Shown one piece after another: positions 11,550 through 23,913 of a DNA stretch of 64,000 nt; position 1 is the first letter of the stretch, and every line of letters starts with the position of its first letter. The notes beneath the pieces are model-generated. The model did not search any database and was not told the DNA's origin. It saw only the letters and a list, made by a program, of their open reading frames with translations. A program made the position numbers and the translations under genes. Origin of the DNA: Nemertoderma westbladi (taxonomy: Eukaryota; Animalia; Xenacoelomorpha); NCBI GenBank assembly GCA_032718475.1, contig JAUCBJ010008396.1, positions 42,977-106,976 on the forward strand, written 5' to 3'.

Positions 11550-11711
11550 TTTAGTATCTCATTAATATCATGGTCTATTTTCTATGGTGTGGGGCGAGCC
11601 ACGAAAGTAAGCGAGCTTAACATACGGGTACCACTAACTCAATCGGTGTGTCTGGTCGTTCTGTTGTTCTCTCGTTCTGTTGCGTTCAATTTTAAACGTA
11701 AATAAAATGTT

Positions 11712-12439
11712 GGATAGTACAGTACTTAAAGTCATATCTGATCCCACTCTGAACCCAATCTGAAACTAATCTGGATCCAATCTCGAGAATTATACCAAAT
11801 CTGAACCCAATCTGAATCGAAAATAGAAAGAGGGGTTAAAATTATTAATTTTTGAATTAACATAATTTTGGAATTTGAAGAAATTTTACATATCTTTTTT
11901 CATATTTAAATTTGCGGGCAGCCGCAGCACTACTGCTGTATTGGGGACTGCAGTCAGTTACTGCTGTATTAATTGTACTGCTGTACAGTCATTCAGTCGT
12001 TAACGTTATAGCTCACCTCTACCGGTGCCGTGTGTATATGTCAGTATGTAGAGACAGCTGGACAGATGTAGCCTAGGGACCGGTACCAGGAACTAGTAAC
12101 CTACCCAAAATAAGAACCGAAACCGAAATGCTACGAGAACCGTACAGCCGTAGTTCGGTTGGGATATCGCCTACCGGTAGAGATGAGCTATAACGTTAAC
12201 GACTGCACAGCAGTACAATACAGCAGTAACTGCAGTCCCCAATACAGCAGGTGTGCTGCGGCTGTCCGCAAATTTAAATATGAAAAAAGATATGTAAAAT
12301 TTCTTCAAATTCCAAAATTGTTAATACAAAAATTAATAATTTTAACCCCTCTTTCTATTTTCGATTCAGATTGGGTTCAGATTTGGTATAATTCTCGAGA
12401 TTGGGTCCAGATTAGGTTCAGATATGACAAGTACTATCC
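11712..12439. mobile_element. Foldback/MITE-like element with ~270-315-bp inverted arms and a ~145-bp spacer
   Basis: 11712-12026 is the reverse complement of 12172-12439 (e.g. CTGAACCCAATCTGAATCGAAAATAGAAAGAGGGG vs CCCCTCTTTCTATTTTCGATTCAGATTGGGTTCAG). No coding capacity. Confidence 0.85.
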
Positions 12440-13030
12440 CAAATGTTAATGAAATCTATCCAAACTTGTTACACATGTAGTCTGGCAAAAGTTTAGAAAT
12501 TTTCCAAGTTGAATTTCCGTGTGGCCTTCAAGAAGCTACTGTAAGATAATTAATTTTGTGTTATATTAAAAATACATAAGACCATTTCTTTTAAAACACA
12601 AATTCTATGTTAATACCTCTGCCTTTCATCAATCCTGTGTGCGCCTTTGGGTTGGGGGTGGTGCAGATTAAGAGGGGGGGGGGGGGGGGGGGGGGGGGGC
12701 TTTTCCCTCTCTTTTGATTTACTGGTGTTTGGTTAAATTTCTTAGATACCGAGTTTGTGATACAGTAGAATCGCTCAATATTAATCTGTATCTCGTAACT
12801 GAGCCTCGTGCTGCGCGAAGGCCCCACGAACGTGTTACCTAACATTGATTTCGGTAAACCCTTACTCAAGGTCTCCATTATCATCATAGACTTGATCCGC
12901 ACATTATTTGCCATTTTATTTAAAGAAGAAAATTAAAATTTGTTTAAAGAGCTTTCTTTGTATATAAATAAGGCGCCTTTTCAATAATTTCAATTAATTA
13001 AATAATTTCCCATTTATTAAATAGTAATTA

Positions 13031-13739
13031 GTGGCTGATTGCGGCCACATTTGAATTCTTCTTTTTTTCTTCAAAAAAAAATACACCTAATTATTCTGAC
13101 AAATAATTTGGAGTATTTCTTTTTTCTTTATCTAAAAAAAAAATACACCTAATTATTCTGACAAATAATTTGGAGTATTTCTTTTTTCTTTATCTAAAAA
13201 AAATACTCCTAATTAATTAATATAATATGTTATTGGAGGGAATTTTAAACAGGTACCTGTGGATAGCACGACCGGTACCCGGTACAAACGGTAGGCTACT
13301 CTGCCACTACTGCTACTACAGTACTACACTTCAGCACTTAGGCCTAAGCACGTCAGAACTGCGAAATGGCGTGTGCCTGTGCACTCAGCAGTGCTGTATG
13401 GTTTGATACAGGGGAACTGTAGGCCTACAGTAGTATCTGTCGGTACCTGTCTTCTGGTTCAAAATTCCCTCCAATATGGTAACATATATTAATTAGGAGT
13501 ATTTTTTTTTAGATAAATAAAAAAAGAAATACTCCAAATTATTTGTCAGAATAATTAGGTGTATTTTTTTTTTAGATAAAGAAAAAAGAAATACTCCAAA
13601 TTATTTGTCAGAATAATTGGGCGTATTTTTTTTTTTTTTGAAGAAAAAAAAAGTACAGCTAAATATTTGTCAGAATAATTAGGTGTATTTTTTTTTTGAA
13701 GAAAAAAAGAAGAATTCAAATGTGGCCGCAATCAGCCAC
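13031..13739. mobile_element. Foldback/MITE-like element whose long TIRs contain ~62-bp internal repeats
   Basis: GTGGCTGATTGCGGCCACATTTGAATTC at 13031 is mirrored by GAATTCAAATGTGGCCGCAATCAGCCAC ending at 13739. The arms carry repeated ATACACCTAATTATTCTGACAAATAATTTGGAG modules. Confidence 0.85.
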
Positions 13740-14608
13740 GGTACTTATACGATTTATTTTATTTAAATTTCGTGTCCTTCTGTTTCAATTATGTTTAATC
13801 GTTATCTAATTACTGTATAATCCGAAGAATTTTTCGAGATTATTGAATGATTTCGGAAAATAATAAATAAATCAGCCAATTAAATGATATCCTGTGATTG
13901 TCATGGTGACTGGATGCGTTGTGCCAGCTGCAAGCAGGAATATGGGACTGGATTGTGGAACTCAGAAGCGTCGGTAGTCCTGTACAATTAATAGTAGGGA
14001 TGATGTAGGCCTAGTTGTGGGTATATGAGCCACTGTAGTAGGCAACGTGCCTGGAGTGAGGCATTGCCAATAAATACACCACCTTATTGCTATTTCATTA
14101 TTTATTGATAATTGAATATAATATTTATTGCCTGTTTCATGATTATTTATACTATATGATTCGCGTTGTCTTTATTTAAAGTTGCAACAAAATAGAATAT
14201 TACCGGTGTAAATAAACCTATAAAGAACAGCCCCTAAATTTTGTATAATTTCCCACTATAAGTTGGCCCAGGGCCCTCGATTGGGTATATATTGTAAATA
14301 CCAGTTGATTGTAAATAATTACAAAACACTGCAAATAATTATACAGGCAATATATTGTAGGATGGGGTGGGGGGGGGGGGGGGGGGGAATATCTTCCGGC
14401 GCAATATTAATTAATCGCTCCCCAGTGAAAATCGGCCCAAATAACAGCTGATTACTCCCAAAAATAAAACTAACCTGTTCTATTGCTTGTTCTATTAGTT
14501 CATGTTTTTGCATAGAATATCTGTAACCTGCTCCTTTCCCTAAATTGATTATTTAACATTGAGACAAGACAATACTCGCCGCCATTTGCGTCGAATTATA
14601 AATTATTA

Positions 14609-15938
14609 AGTAATTTAAACAGGACTTCGGATGATCCAACTCTATAGGAAGTCACTCGGAACGACGCAGGAGCTTCCTCCGGCATACATGAACGTTTATC
14701 GGGAGACGCGGCTTCGAATTCATTTTTCCCGCTTCATTTGCTGTAGATTTGGATCATTATATGGGACTCCTGATGAAATTATTGTAGCAATCAGATCAGT
14801 ATATGATGATGGTTCGACAACATTTGTGTCTACTGTTGATGGTGACACAGAACCATTTGAAGTATGGGGGGGGGGGGGGAGTCCTCCAGGGAGACACACT
14901 TGCACCATTCTTATTCATAATTGTGGTTGACTATGTTCTACGCATGTCCTTAGATCATCATAATGATGATGGGGTGATGATAACTCCACCTACTGGCTCC
15001 AGATGTCGAGGAAATCCAGCCAAGTACCTAACTGATCTAGACTTTGCTGATGACTTAGGAGTACTCTCAGAATCACTAGAGGGAGCCCAACGGCTCCTCA
15101 GCTCATTAGAACATGCTGCTTCTAGTGTTGGTCTTTTTATTAACTCCAAAAAGACCAAAATTTTGACAGTTAACTTTGAAATTCCTCAGCAAATAACTGA
15201 TCGGATGAGCATAAGCTCAAAGAATGGTATGCTTGAGCATGTGGATGACTTCTGTTACCTGGGATCATGGATCCGGAAGTCAGGTGAGGACCTTCGAATA
15301 CGTAAAGGAAAGGCATGGGCAGCATTGAATGGGCTTTCAATGATTTGGAAGTCACACAGAATTCATCGGAAACTTAAGGTCCGATTATTTAGAGCATCAG
15401 TAGTTCTAGTACTCCTCTATGGGAGTCCATGCTGGGCTCTAACTGCTGAGGACACCAAATCTCTGGATGGCACATTCACAAGAATGCTACGCCGGGTTCA
15501 CTGTGTCAAGTACAAATGCACACATCTCCAACCAGACACTATATAACATTGGAGGAGTCTCATTAGTCCCCAAGCTTGACACTAGAACAAAGCTGCCCCC
15601 GCTTTGCAGGACATTGGTTTCGTCGTCGCCAGGCTGGTCGCCTGTGCACAATCTTGTGCTTTGGCAACTCCATGGGTTAAATAAGCATGGTGGACCGCCC
15701 ATGACTTTCATGAGACGCATCTTAAAGGACACTGGCCTTGAAGAAGCGGATAATCTCGCGAAAGTCATGGGGGATACTGAGTTGTGGCGGTCCAACTTTG
15801 TTGATAAGCCGGCATAGCATTCTTAATGCACGCTGCATTGGGCTTGCCAATTGTGTTAGCCAGCATCTCAATGTGCAGCTTCAATGCAGCATGCCGATTA
15901 TAGATATATGGATCATCCTAAGTCCTGTTTAAATTACT
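14609..15938. mobile_element. Small (~170-bp) MITE split by a LINE inserted into its right TIR
   Basis: AGTAATTTAAACAGGACTTCGGATGATCC (14609-14637) vs GGATCATCCTAAGTCCTGTTTAAATTACT (15910-15938): inverted match at 28 of 29 positions. Confidence 0.7.
14754..15908 (+). mobile_element. 5'-truncated non-LTR retrotransposon (RTE-like), RT C-terminal half, decayed
   Basis: ORF 14803-15546 contains GVLQGDTLAPFLF, LDFADD, FCYLGS and VLLYGSPCW. Candidate TSD TGGATCAT at 14750-14757 and 15909-15916. Confidence 0.9.
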
Positions 15939-16565
15939 AAATAAACTATATTATTTTATATATTATATCATCAATAAAAACATTACATGATTGTTATCAG
16001 TTCAGGACAATGCGTTATTGTATTTTAACTACTAGTTATAAGGTCCAATTATTGTATTTTATAGTCAGCATGTTGGATAAAACCACCGTGAAACAGTAGG
16101 CCTACTTAGTTCGAATATTGCCAGAAATAAAGAGGATATTCTTGGAACTATTACTCGAACACAGCTGGAGAGTTTCTTATAAATCTACGCCGTATTGTAC
16201 GTCAGAATTAATAGTGGGCAATTTATCAAAAATTCGTTTATGTTAACAATAAATTATTCCATAATTCTATATACATTTCCAACCATTATTGACAAAAACG
16301 TTTCTCATTTGTAAATTTAGTAGACCGCAAATATAGACGATTTCACATGTAAACCGTAACAAATGCCTAGTGATGAGTTTCTTGGCATGCACCCAAGCAT
16401 CCTAAAATATTACTGGTATTCATTAACTGTAGTAACAGTACTCCCATATTGATTGTTTTCTATCAATTTTTATACACCTTTTCATTTTCATTTTTATGAC
16501 TTCTTAAATTATTATATTCTTTTAACACTTTATTTGACGTTTATAAGTTTATAAATCAATAAGTT

Positions 16566-16735
16566 ATGTCTTTAAAGAAGATTTACGAAGAGTATGTAAA
16601 GCTTGGCAAACAGGCTGAGTTAACGTCAGCCATGTGGAAGAAAGTTCTAGAGGATGCAGGACTCAGTACGAAGAAAAAGTCCGCTGGTAATAGTCTGGAT
16701 GGGGCTGAGGTTGACATGATATTTACACGTTGCAA
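16566..16735 (+). CDS. TPPP: TPPP/p25-alpha family protein, coding exon 1 (MSLKKIYEEYVKLGKQAELTSAMWKKVLEDAGLSTKKKSAGNSLDGAEVDMIFTRC-K)
   Basis: ATG at 16566; WKK..D and VDMIF.. match the p25-alpha N-terminal half; CAA|GTAAGT donor, phase 2. Confidence 0.9.
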
Positions 16736-19700
16736 GTAAGTTTGTGTTGTGTATAGTAAGTTTGTGTATAGTAAGTTTGTGTTGTGTATAGTAAGTTTGT
16801 GTTGTGTATAGTAAGTTTGTGTTGTGTATAGTAAGTTTGTGTTGTGTATAGTAAGTTTGTGTTGTGTATTGTAAGTTTGTGCATAGTAAGTTTGTATTAT
16901 GTATAGTAAGTTTGTGTTGTGTATAGTAAGTTTGTATTATGTATAGTAAGTTTGTGTTGTGTATAGTAAGTTTGTATTATGTATAGTAAGTTTGTGTTGT
17001 GTATAGTAAGTTTGTGCATAGTAAGTTTGTGTTGTGTATAGTAAGTTTGTATCGTGCATAGTAAGTTTGTGTTGTATTATGTATAGTAAGTTTGTGTTGT
17101 GTAGAGTAAGTTTGTGTTGTGTATAGTAAGTTTGTGCATAGTAAGTTTGTATTATGTATAGTAAGTTTGTGCATAGTAAGTTTGTATTATGTATAGTAAG
17201 TTTGTGCTGTGTATAGTAAGTTTGTGTTGTGTATAGTAAGTTTGTATTATGTATAGTAAGTTTGTATTATGTATAGTAAGTTTGTGCATAGTAAGTTTGT
17301 ATCGTGCATAGTAAGTTTGTATCGTGTATAGTAAGTTTGTGTTGTGTATAGTAAGTTTATCTTGTGTATAGTAAGTTTGTGCATAGTAAGTTTGTGTTGT
17401 GTATAGTAAGTTTGTGTTGTGTATAGTAAGTTTATCTTGTGTATAGTAAGTTTGTGTTGTGTATAGTAAGTTTGTGTTGTGTATAGTAAGTTTGTGCATA
17501 GTAAGTGTAAGTAAGTGAGTAAGTAAGTGTATAGTAAGTAAGTTTGTGTTGTATTATGTAGAGTAAGTTTGTATCGTGCATAGTAAGTTTGTGTTGTATT
17601 ATGTATAGTAAGTTTGTGTTGTGTAGAGTAAGTTTGTGTTGTGTATAGTAAGTTTGTATTATGTATAGTAAGTTTGTGCATAGTAAGTTTGTATTATGTA
17701 TAGTAAGTTTGTACATAGTAAGTTTGTATTATGTATAGTTAGTTTGTGCATAGTAAGTTTGTATTATGTATAGTAAGTTTGTGCATAGTAAGTTTGTGTT
17801 GTGTATAGTAAGTTTGTGTTGTGTATAGTAAGTTTATATTGTGTATAGTAAGTTTGTGCATAGTAAGTTTGTGTTGTGTATAGTAAGTTTGTGTTGTGTA
17901 TAGTAAGTTTATCTTGTGTATAGTAAGTTTGTGTTGTGTATAGTAAGTTTGTGCATAGTAAGTTTGTGTTGTGTATAGTAAGTTTGTGTTGTGTATAGTA
18001 AGTTTGTGTTGTGTATAGTAAGTTTGTGTTGTGTATAGTAAGTTTGTGCATAGTAAGTTTGTGTTGTGTATAGTAAGTTTGTATCGTGTATAGTAAGTTT
18101 GTGTTGTATTATGTATAGTAAGTTTGTGTTGTGTATAGTAAGTTTGTATTATGTATAGTAAGTTTGTATTATGTATAGTAAGTTTGTGCATAGTAAGTTT
18201 GTATTATGTATAGTAAGTTTGTGCATAGTAAGTTTGTATCGTGCATAGTAAGTTTGTATCGTGTATAGTAAGTTTGTGTTGTGTATAGTAAGTTTATCTT
18301 GTGTATAGTAAGTTTGTGCATAGTAAGTTTGTGTTGTGTATAGTAAGTTTGTGTTGTGTATAGTAAGTTTATCTTGTGTATAGTAAGTTTGTGTTGTGTA
18401 TAGTAAGTTTGTGTTGTGTATAGTAAGTTTGTGTTGTGTATAGTAAGTTTATCTTGTGTATAGTAAGTTTGTGTTGTGTATAGTAAGTTTGTGTTGTGTA
18501 TAGTAAGTTTGTGTTGTGTATAGTAAGTTTGTGCATAGTAAGTTTGTGTTGTGTATAGTAAGTTTGTATCGTGCATAGTAAGTTTGTGTTGTATTATGTA
18601 TAGTAAGTTTGTGTTGTGTAGAGTAAGTTTGTGTTGTGTATAGTAAGTTTGTATTATGTATAGTAAGTTTGTGCATAGTAAGTTTGTATTATGTATAGTA
18701 AGTTTGTGCATAGTAAGTTTGTATTATGTATAGTAAGTTTGTGCATAGTAAGTTTGTATTATGTATAGTAAGTTTGTGCATAGTAAGTTTGTGTTGTGTA
18801 TAGTACGTTTGTGTTGTGTATAGTAAGTTTATCTTGTGTATAGTAAGTTTGTGCATAGTAAGTTTGTGTTGTGTATAGTAAGTTTATCTTGTGTATAGTA
18901 AGTTTGTGCATAGTAAGTTTGTGTTGTGTATAGTAAGTTTATCTTGTGTATAGTAAGTTTGTGTTGTGTATAGTAAGTTTGTGCATAGTAAGTTTGTGTT
19001 GTGTATAGTAAGTTTGTGCATAGTAAGTTTGTGTTGTGTATAGTAAGTTTGTGTTGTGTATAGTAAGTTTATCTTGTGTATAGTAAGTTTGTGTTGTGTA
19101 TAGTAAGTTTGTGTTGTGTATAGTAAGTTTGTGTTGTGTATAGTAAGTTTGTGCATAGTAAGTTTGTGTTGTGTATAGTAAGTTTGTATCGTGCATAGTA
19201 AGTTTGTGTTGTATTATGTATAGTAAGTTTGTGTTATGTAGAGTAAGTTTGTGTTGTGTATAGTAAGTTTGTATTATGTATAGTAAGTTTGTGCATAGTA
19301 AGTTTGTATTATGTATAGTAAGTTTGTGCATAGTAAGTTTGCATTATGTATAGTAAGTTTGTGCATAGTAAGTTTGTATTATGTATAGTAAGTTTGTGCA
19401 TAGTAAGTTTGTGTTGTGTATAGTAAGTTTGTGTTGTGTATAGTAAGTTTATCTTGTGTATAGTAAGTTTGTGCATAGTAAGTTTGTGTTGTGTATAGTA
19501 AGTTTGTGTTGTGTATAGTAAGTTTGTGTTGTGTATAGTAAGTTTATCTTGTGTATAGTAAGTTTGTGTTGTGTATAGTAAGTTTGTGTTGTGTATAGTA
19601 AGTTTGTGTTGTGTATAGTAAGTTTGTGTTGATAGTAAGTTTGTGTTGTGTATAGTAAGTTTGTGTATAGTAAGTTTGTGCATAGTAAGTTTGTGTTGTG

Positions 19701-22700
19701 TATAGTAAGTTTGTGTTGTGTATAGTAAGTTTATCTTGTGTATAGTAAGTTTGTGTTGTGTATAGTAAGTTTGTGTTGTGTATAGTAAATTTGTGTTGAT
19801 AGTAAGTTTGTGTTGTGTATAGTAAGTTTGTGTATAGTAAGTTTGTATTATGTATAGTAAGTTTGTGCATAGTAAGTTTGTGTTGTGTATAGTAAGTTTG
19901 TGTTGTGTATAGTAAGTTTGTGTTGTGTATAGTAAGTTTGTGTTGTGTATAGTAAGTTTGTGTTGTGTATAGTAAGTTTGTGCATAGTAAGTTTGTGTTG
20001 TGTATAGTAAGTTTGTATCGTGTATAGTAAGTTTGTGTTGTATTATGTATAGTAAGTTTGTGTTGTGTATAGTAAGTTTGTATTATGTATAGTAAGTTTG
20101 TATTATGTATAGTAAGTTTGTGCATAGTAAGTTTGTATTATGTATAGTAAGTTTGTGCATAGTAAGTTTGTATCGTGCATAGTAAGTTTGTATCGTGTAT
20201 AGTAAGTTTGTGTTGTGTATAGTAAGTTTATCTTGTGTATAGTAAGTTTGTGTTGTGTATAGTAAGTTTGTGTTGTGTATAGTAAGTTTGTGTTGTGTAT
20301 AGTAAGTTTATCTTGTGTATAGTAAGTTTGTGTTGTGTATAGTAAGTTTGTGTTGTGTATAGTAAGTTTGTGTTGTGTATAGTAAGTTTGTGCATAGTAA
20401 GTTTGTGTTGTGTATAGTAAGTTTGTATCGTGCATAGTAAGTTTGTGTTGTATTATGTATAGTAAGTTTGTGTTGTGTAGAGTAAGTTTGTGTTGTGTAT
20501 AGTAAGTTTGTATTATGTATAGTAAGTTTGTGCATAGTAAGTTTGTATTATGTATAGTAAGTTTGTGCATAGTAAGTTTGTATTATGTATAGTAAGTTTG
20601 TGCATAGTAAGTTTGTATTATGTATAGTAAGTTTGTGCATAGTAAGTTTGTGTTGTGTATAGTAAGTTTGTGTTGTGTATAGTAAGTTTATCTTGTGTAT
20701 AGTAAGTTTGTGCATAGTAAGTTTGTGTTGTGTATAGTAAGTTTGTGTTGTGTATAGTAAGTTTATCTTGTGTATAGTAAGTTTGTGTTGTGTATAGTAA
20801 GTTTGTGCATAGTAAGTTTGTGTTGTGTATAGTAAGTTTGTGCATAGTAAGTTTGTGTTGTGTATAGTAAGTTTGTGTTGTGTATAGTAAGTTTATCTTG
20901 TGTATAGTAAGTTTGTGTTGTGTATAGTAAGTTTGTGTTGTGTATAGTAAGTTTGTGTTGTGTATAGTAAGTTTGTGCATAGTAAGTTTGTGTTGTGTAT
21001 AGTAAGTTTGTATCGTGCATAGTAAGTTTGTGTTGTATTATGTATAGTAAGTTTGTGTTGTGTAGAGTAAGTTTGTGTTGTGTATAGTAAGTTTGTATTA
21101 TGTATAGTAAGTTTGTGCATAGTAAGTTTGTATTATGTATAGTAAGTTTGTGCATAGTAAGTTTGCATTATGTATAGTAAGTTTGTGCATAGTAAGTTTG
21201 TATTATGTATAGTAAGTTTGTGCATAGTAAGTTTGTGTTGTGTATAGTAAGTTTGTGTTGTGTATAGTAAGTTTATCTTGTGTATAGTAAGTTTGTGCAT
21301 AGTAAGTTTGTGTTGTGTATAGTAAGTTTGTGTTGTGTATAGTAAATTTGTGTTGTGTATAGTAAGTTTATCTTGTGTATAGTAAGTTTGTGTTGTGTAT
21401 AGTAAGTTTGTGTTGTGTATAGTAAGTTTGTGTTGTGTATAATAAGTTTGTGTTGATAGTAAGTTTGTGTTGTGTATAGTAAGTTTGTGTATAGTAAGTT
21501 TGTGCATAGTAAGTTTGTGTTGTGTATAGTAAGTTTGTGTTGTGTATAGTAAGTTTATCTTGTGTATAGTAAGTTTGTGTTGTGTATAGTAAGTTTGTGT
21601 TGTGTATAGTAAATTTGTGTTGATAGTAAGTTTGTGTTGTGTATAGTAAGTTTGTGTATAGTAAGTTTGTGCATAGTAAGTTTGTATTATGTATAGTAAG
21701 TTTGTGCATAGTAAGTTTGTGTTGTGTATAGTAAGTTTGTGTTGTATTATGTAGAGTAAGTTTGTGTTGTATTATGTAGAGTAAGTTTGTGTTGTGTATA
21801 GTAAGTTTGTGTTGTGTATAGTAAGTTTGTGTTGTGTATAGTAAGTTTGTGTTGTGTATAGTAAGTTTGTGCATAGTAAGTTTGTATTATGTATAGTAAG
21901 TTTGTGTTGTGTATAGTAAGTTTGTGCATAGTAAGTTTGTGTTGTGTATAGTAAGTTTGTGTTGTGTATAGTAAGTTTGTGTTGTATTATGTAGAGTAAG
22001 TTTGTGTTGTGTATAGTAAGTTTGTGTTGTGTATAGTAAGTTTGTGTTGTGTATAGTAAGTTTGTGTTGTGTATAGTAAGTTTGTGTTGTGTATAGTAAG
22101 TTTGTGCATAGTAAGTTTGTATTATGTATAGTAAGTTTGTGTTGTGTATAGTAAGTTTGTGCATAGTAAGTTTGTGTTGTGTATAGTAAGTTTGTGTTGT
22201 ATTATGTAGAGTAAGTTTGTGTTGTGTATAGTAAGTTTGTGTTGTGTATAGTAAGTTTATGTTTTGTATAGTAAGTTTGTATTATGTATAGTAAGTTTGT
22301 GTTGTGTATATTAAGTTTGTATTATGTAGAGTAAGTTTGTGTTGTGTATAGTAAGTTTGTGTTGTGTATAGTAAGTTTGTGTTGTGTATAGTAAGTTTGT
22401 ATTATGTATAGTAAGTTTGTGTTGTGTATAGTAAGTTTGAGCATAGTAAGTTTGTGTTGTGTATAGTAAGTTTGTGTTGTATTATGTAGAGTAAGTTTGT
22501 GTTGTGTATAGTAAGTTTGTGTTGTGTATAGTAAGTTTGTGTTTTGTATAGTAAGTTTGTATTATGTATAGTAAGTTTGTGTTGTGTATATTAAGTTTGT
22601 ATTATGTAGAGTAAGTTTGTGTTGTGTATAGTAAGTTTGTGTTTTGTATAGTAAGTTTGTATTATGTATAGTAAGTTTGTGTTGTGTATATTAAGTTTGT

Positions 22701-23020
22701 AACATGTAGAGTAAGTTTGTGTTGTGTATAGTAAGTTTGTGTTGTGTATAGTAAGTTTGTGTTGTGTATAGTAAGTTTGTATTATGTAGAGTAAGTTTGT
22801 GTTGTGTATATTAAGTTTGTATTATGTAGAGTAAGTTTGTGTTGTGTATATTAAGTTTGTATTATGTAGAGTAAGTTTGTGTTGTGTATAGTAAGTTTGT
22901 GTTGTGTATAGTAAGTTTGTGTTGTGTGTAGTAAGTTTGTGTTGTGTATAGTAAGTTTGTGTTGTGTATAGTAAGTTTGTGTTGTGTATAGTAAGAATGT
23001 GTTGTGTATAGTAAGAATGT
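16736..23020 (+). repeat. 20-bp satellite (GTAAGTTTGTGTTGTGTATA, with 15/17/25-bp variants) filling TPPP intron 1, about 6.3 kb
   Basis: The first unit starts at the intron's GT. The array ends about 100 nt before the acceptor at 23116-23117. Confidence 0.97.
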
Positions 23021-23117
23021 AAGGGAATAATAAGGTGATAATTAATTATTATTGTAATTAATTAAAGTAATAATTAAAAATTAATAATTATGACTATTTC
23101 AACTATTTCAATTTTAG

Positions 23118-23221
23118 AACCGGTAGGAATGTGAACTACGCCGGATTCGAGAAGAGTCTCCATCAAGCTGCTAAAGCCAGATACGGCGAGGATAATGAAG
23201 AGAACTACAAAAAAGTTGTTG
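23118..23221 (+). CDS. TPPP: TPPP exon 2 (TGRNVNYAGFEKSLHQAAKARYGEDNEENYKKVV)
   Basis: ATTTTAG acceptor, GTGAGT donor; 104 nt, phase 2/1, in frame. Confidence 0.9.
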
Positions 23222-23389
23222 GTGAGTTTAAACTACTTACGGATAATATTTTATTAACATTACAACCGAACTGAAAATTAAATTAAATCGTTGTATTCCT
23301 TAAGATTTGATTCATCATCGCCCTTTGTATTTTATCTACACCCGTTTCTCTGTAACATAATACCATATTACCGTATGTTGTTGTTCTAG

Positions 23390-23495
23390 AAAGCTTAAAA
23401 TCTCCATCCATGAAAGGTACCACAAAGGGTGCAGACACCGGTGTCACAGGGAGACTGACAGATACTAAAGGATACACCGGCGCTCACAAAGAAAG
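23390..23495 (+). CDS. TPPP: TPPP exon 3 (E-SLKSPSMKGTTKGADTGVTGRLTDTKGYTGAHKE-R)
   Basis: TTGTTCTAG acceptor, AG|GTACCT donor; contains the family signature RLTDxxxYTGxHKER. Confidence 0.93.
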
Positions 23496-23913
23496 GTACC
23501 TTAACCTTAAATAATAAATTGTGCTGGAAATTGTTTCAGCGCAGGTCTCTTATGTTAATTACTCACAAATTTTATACCGAAATTCGTAACATCTAATATT
23601 TAATCCGGATTAAAATCCAGACATAAATTTACGGTATATTTCATACAGCTGTTCCAAATTAACTATATTTCCAAGTCGGGGTGAAATAAAGTGAATTTGA
23701 ATTTTGGACCGGGAATATTTAACAGATGTTGTTGCTTGTATTTACCGTGGTTGTAGAGAAACTGGCAAATATGTTGCTATTTTTTTAAATTCTATGAAAC
23801 TAACTTTACAACGACGCTTTTCATTTTAGTCTTAATTGCATGCAATCATAAAAGTTAGTCAGCTGTTTCATAAGCTTTGCTTTTAAGGGAGGGATTAATT
23901 GTAATGAATTATC

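Noticed and set aside
11640-11705. Possible non-coding first exon of TPPP ending AAAC|GTAAAT
   Set aside because: Only a weak donor-like motif with no transcript evidence, and it lies outside the duplicated unit.
16736-23020. Canonical recursive splice sites in the 20-bp satellite
   Set aside because: Junctions read TA-G-TAAGT: the AG and GT share one G, so splicing to the TAG would not regenerate a GT donor.
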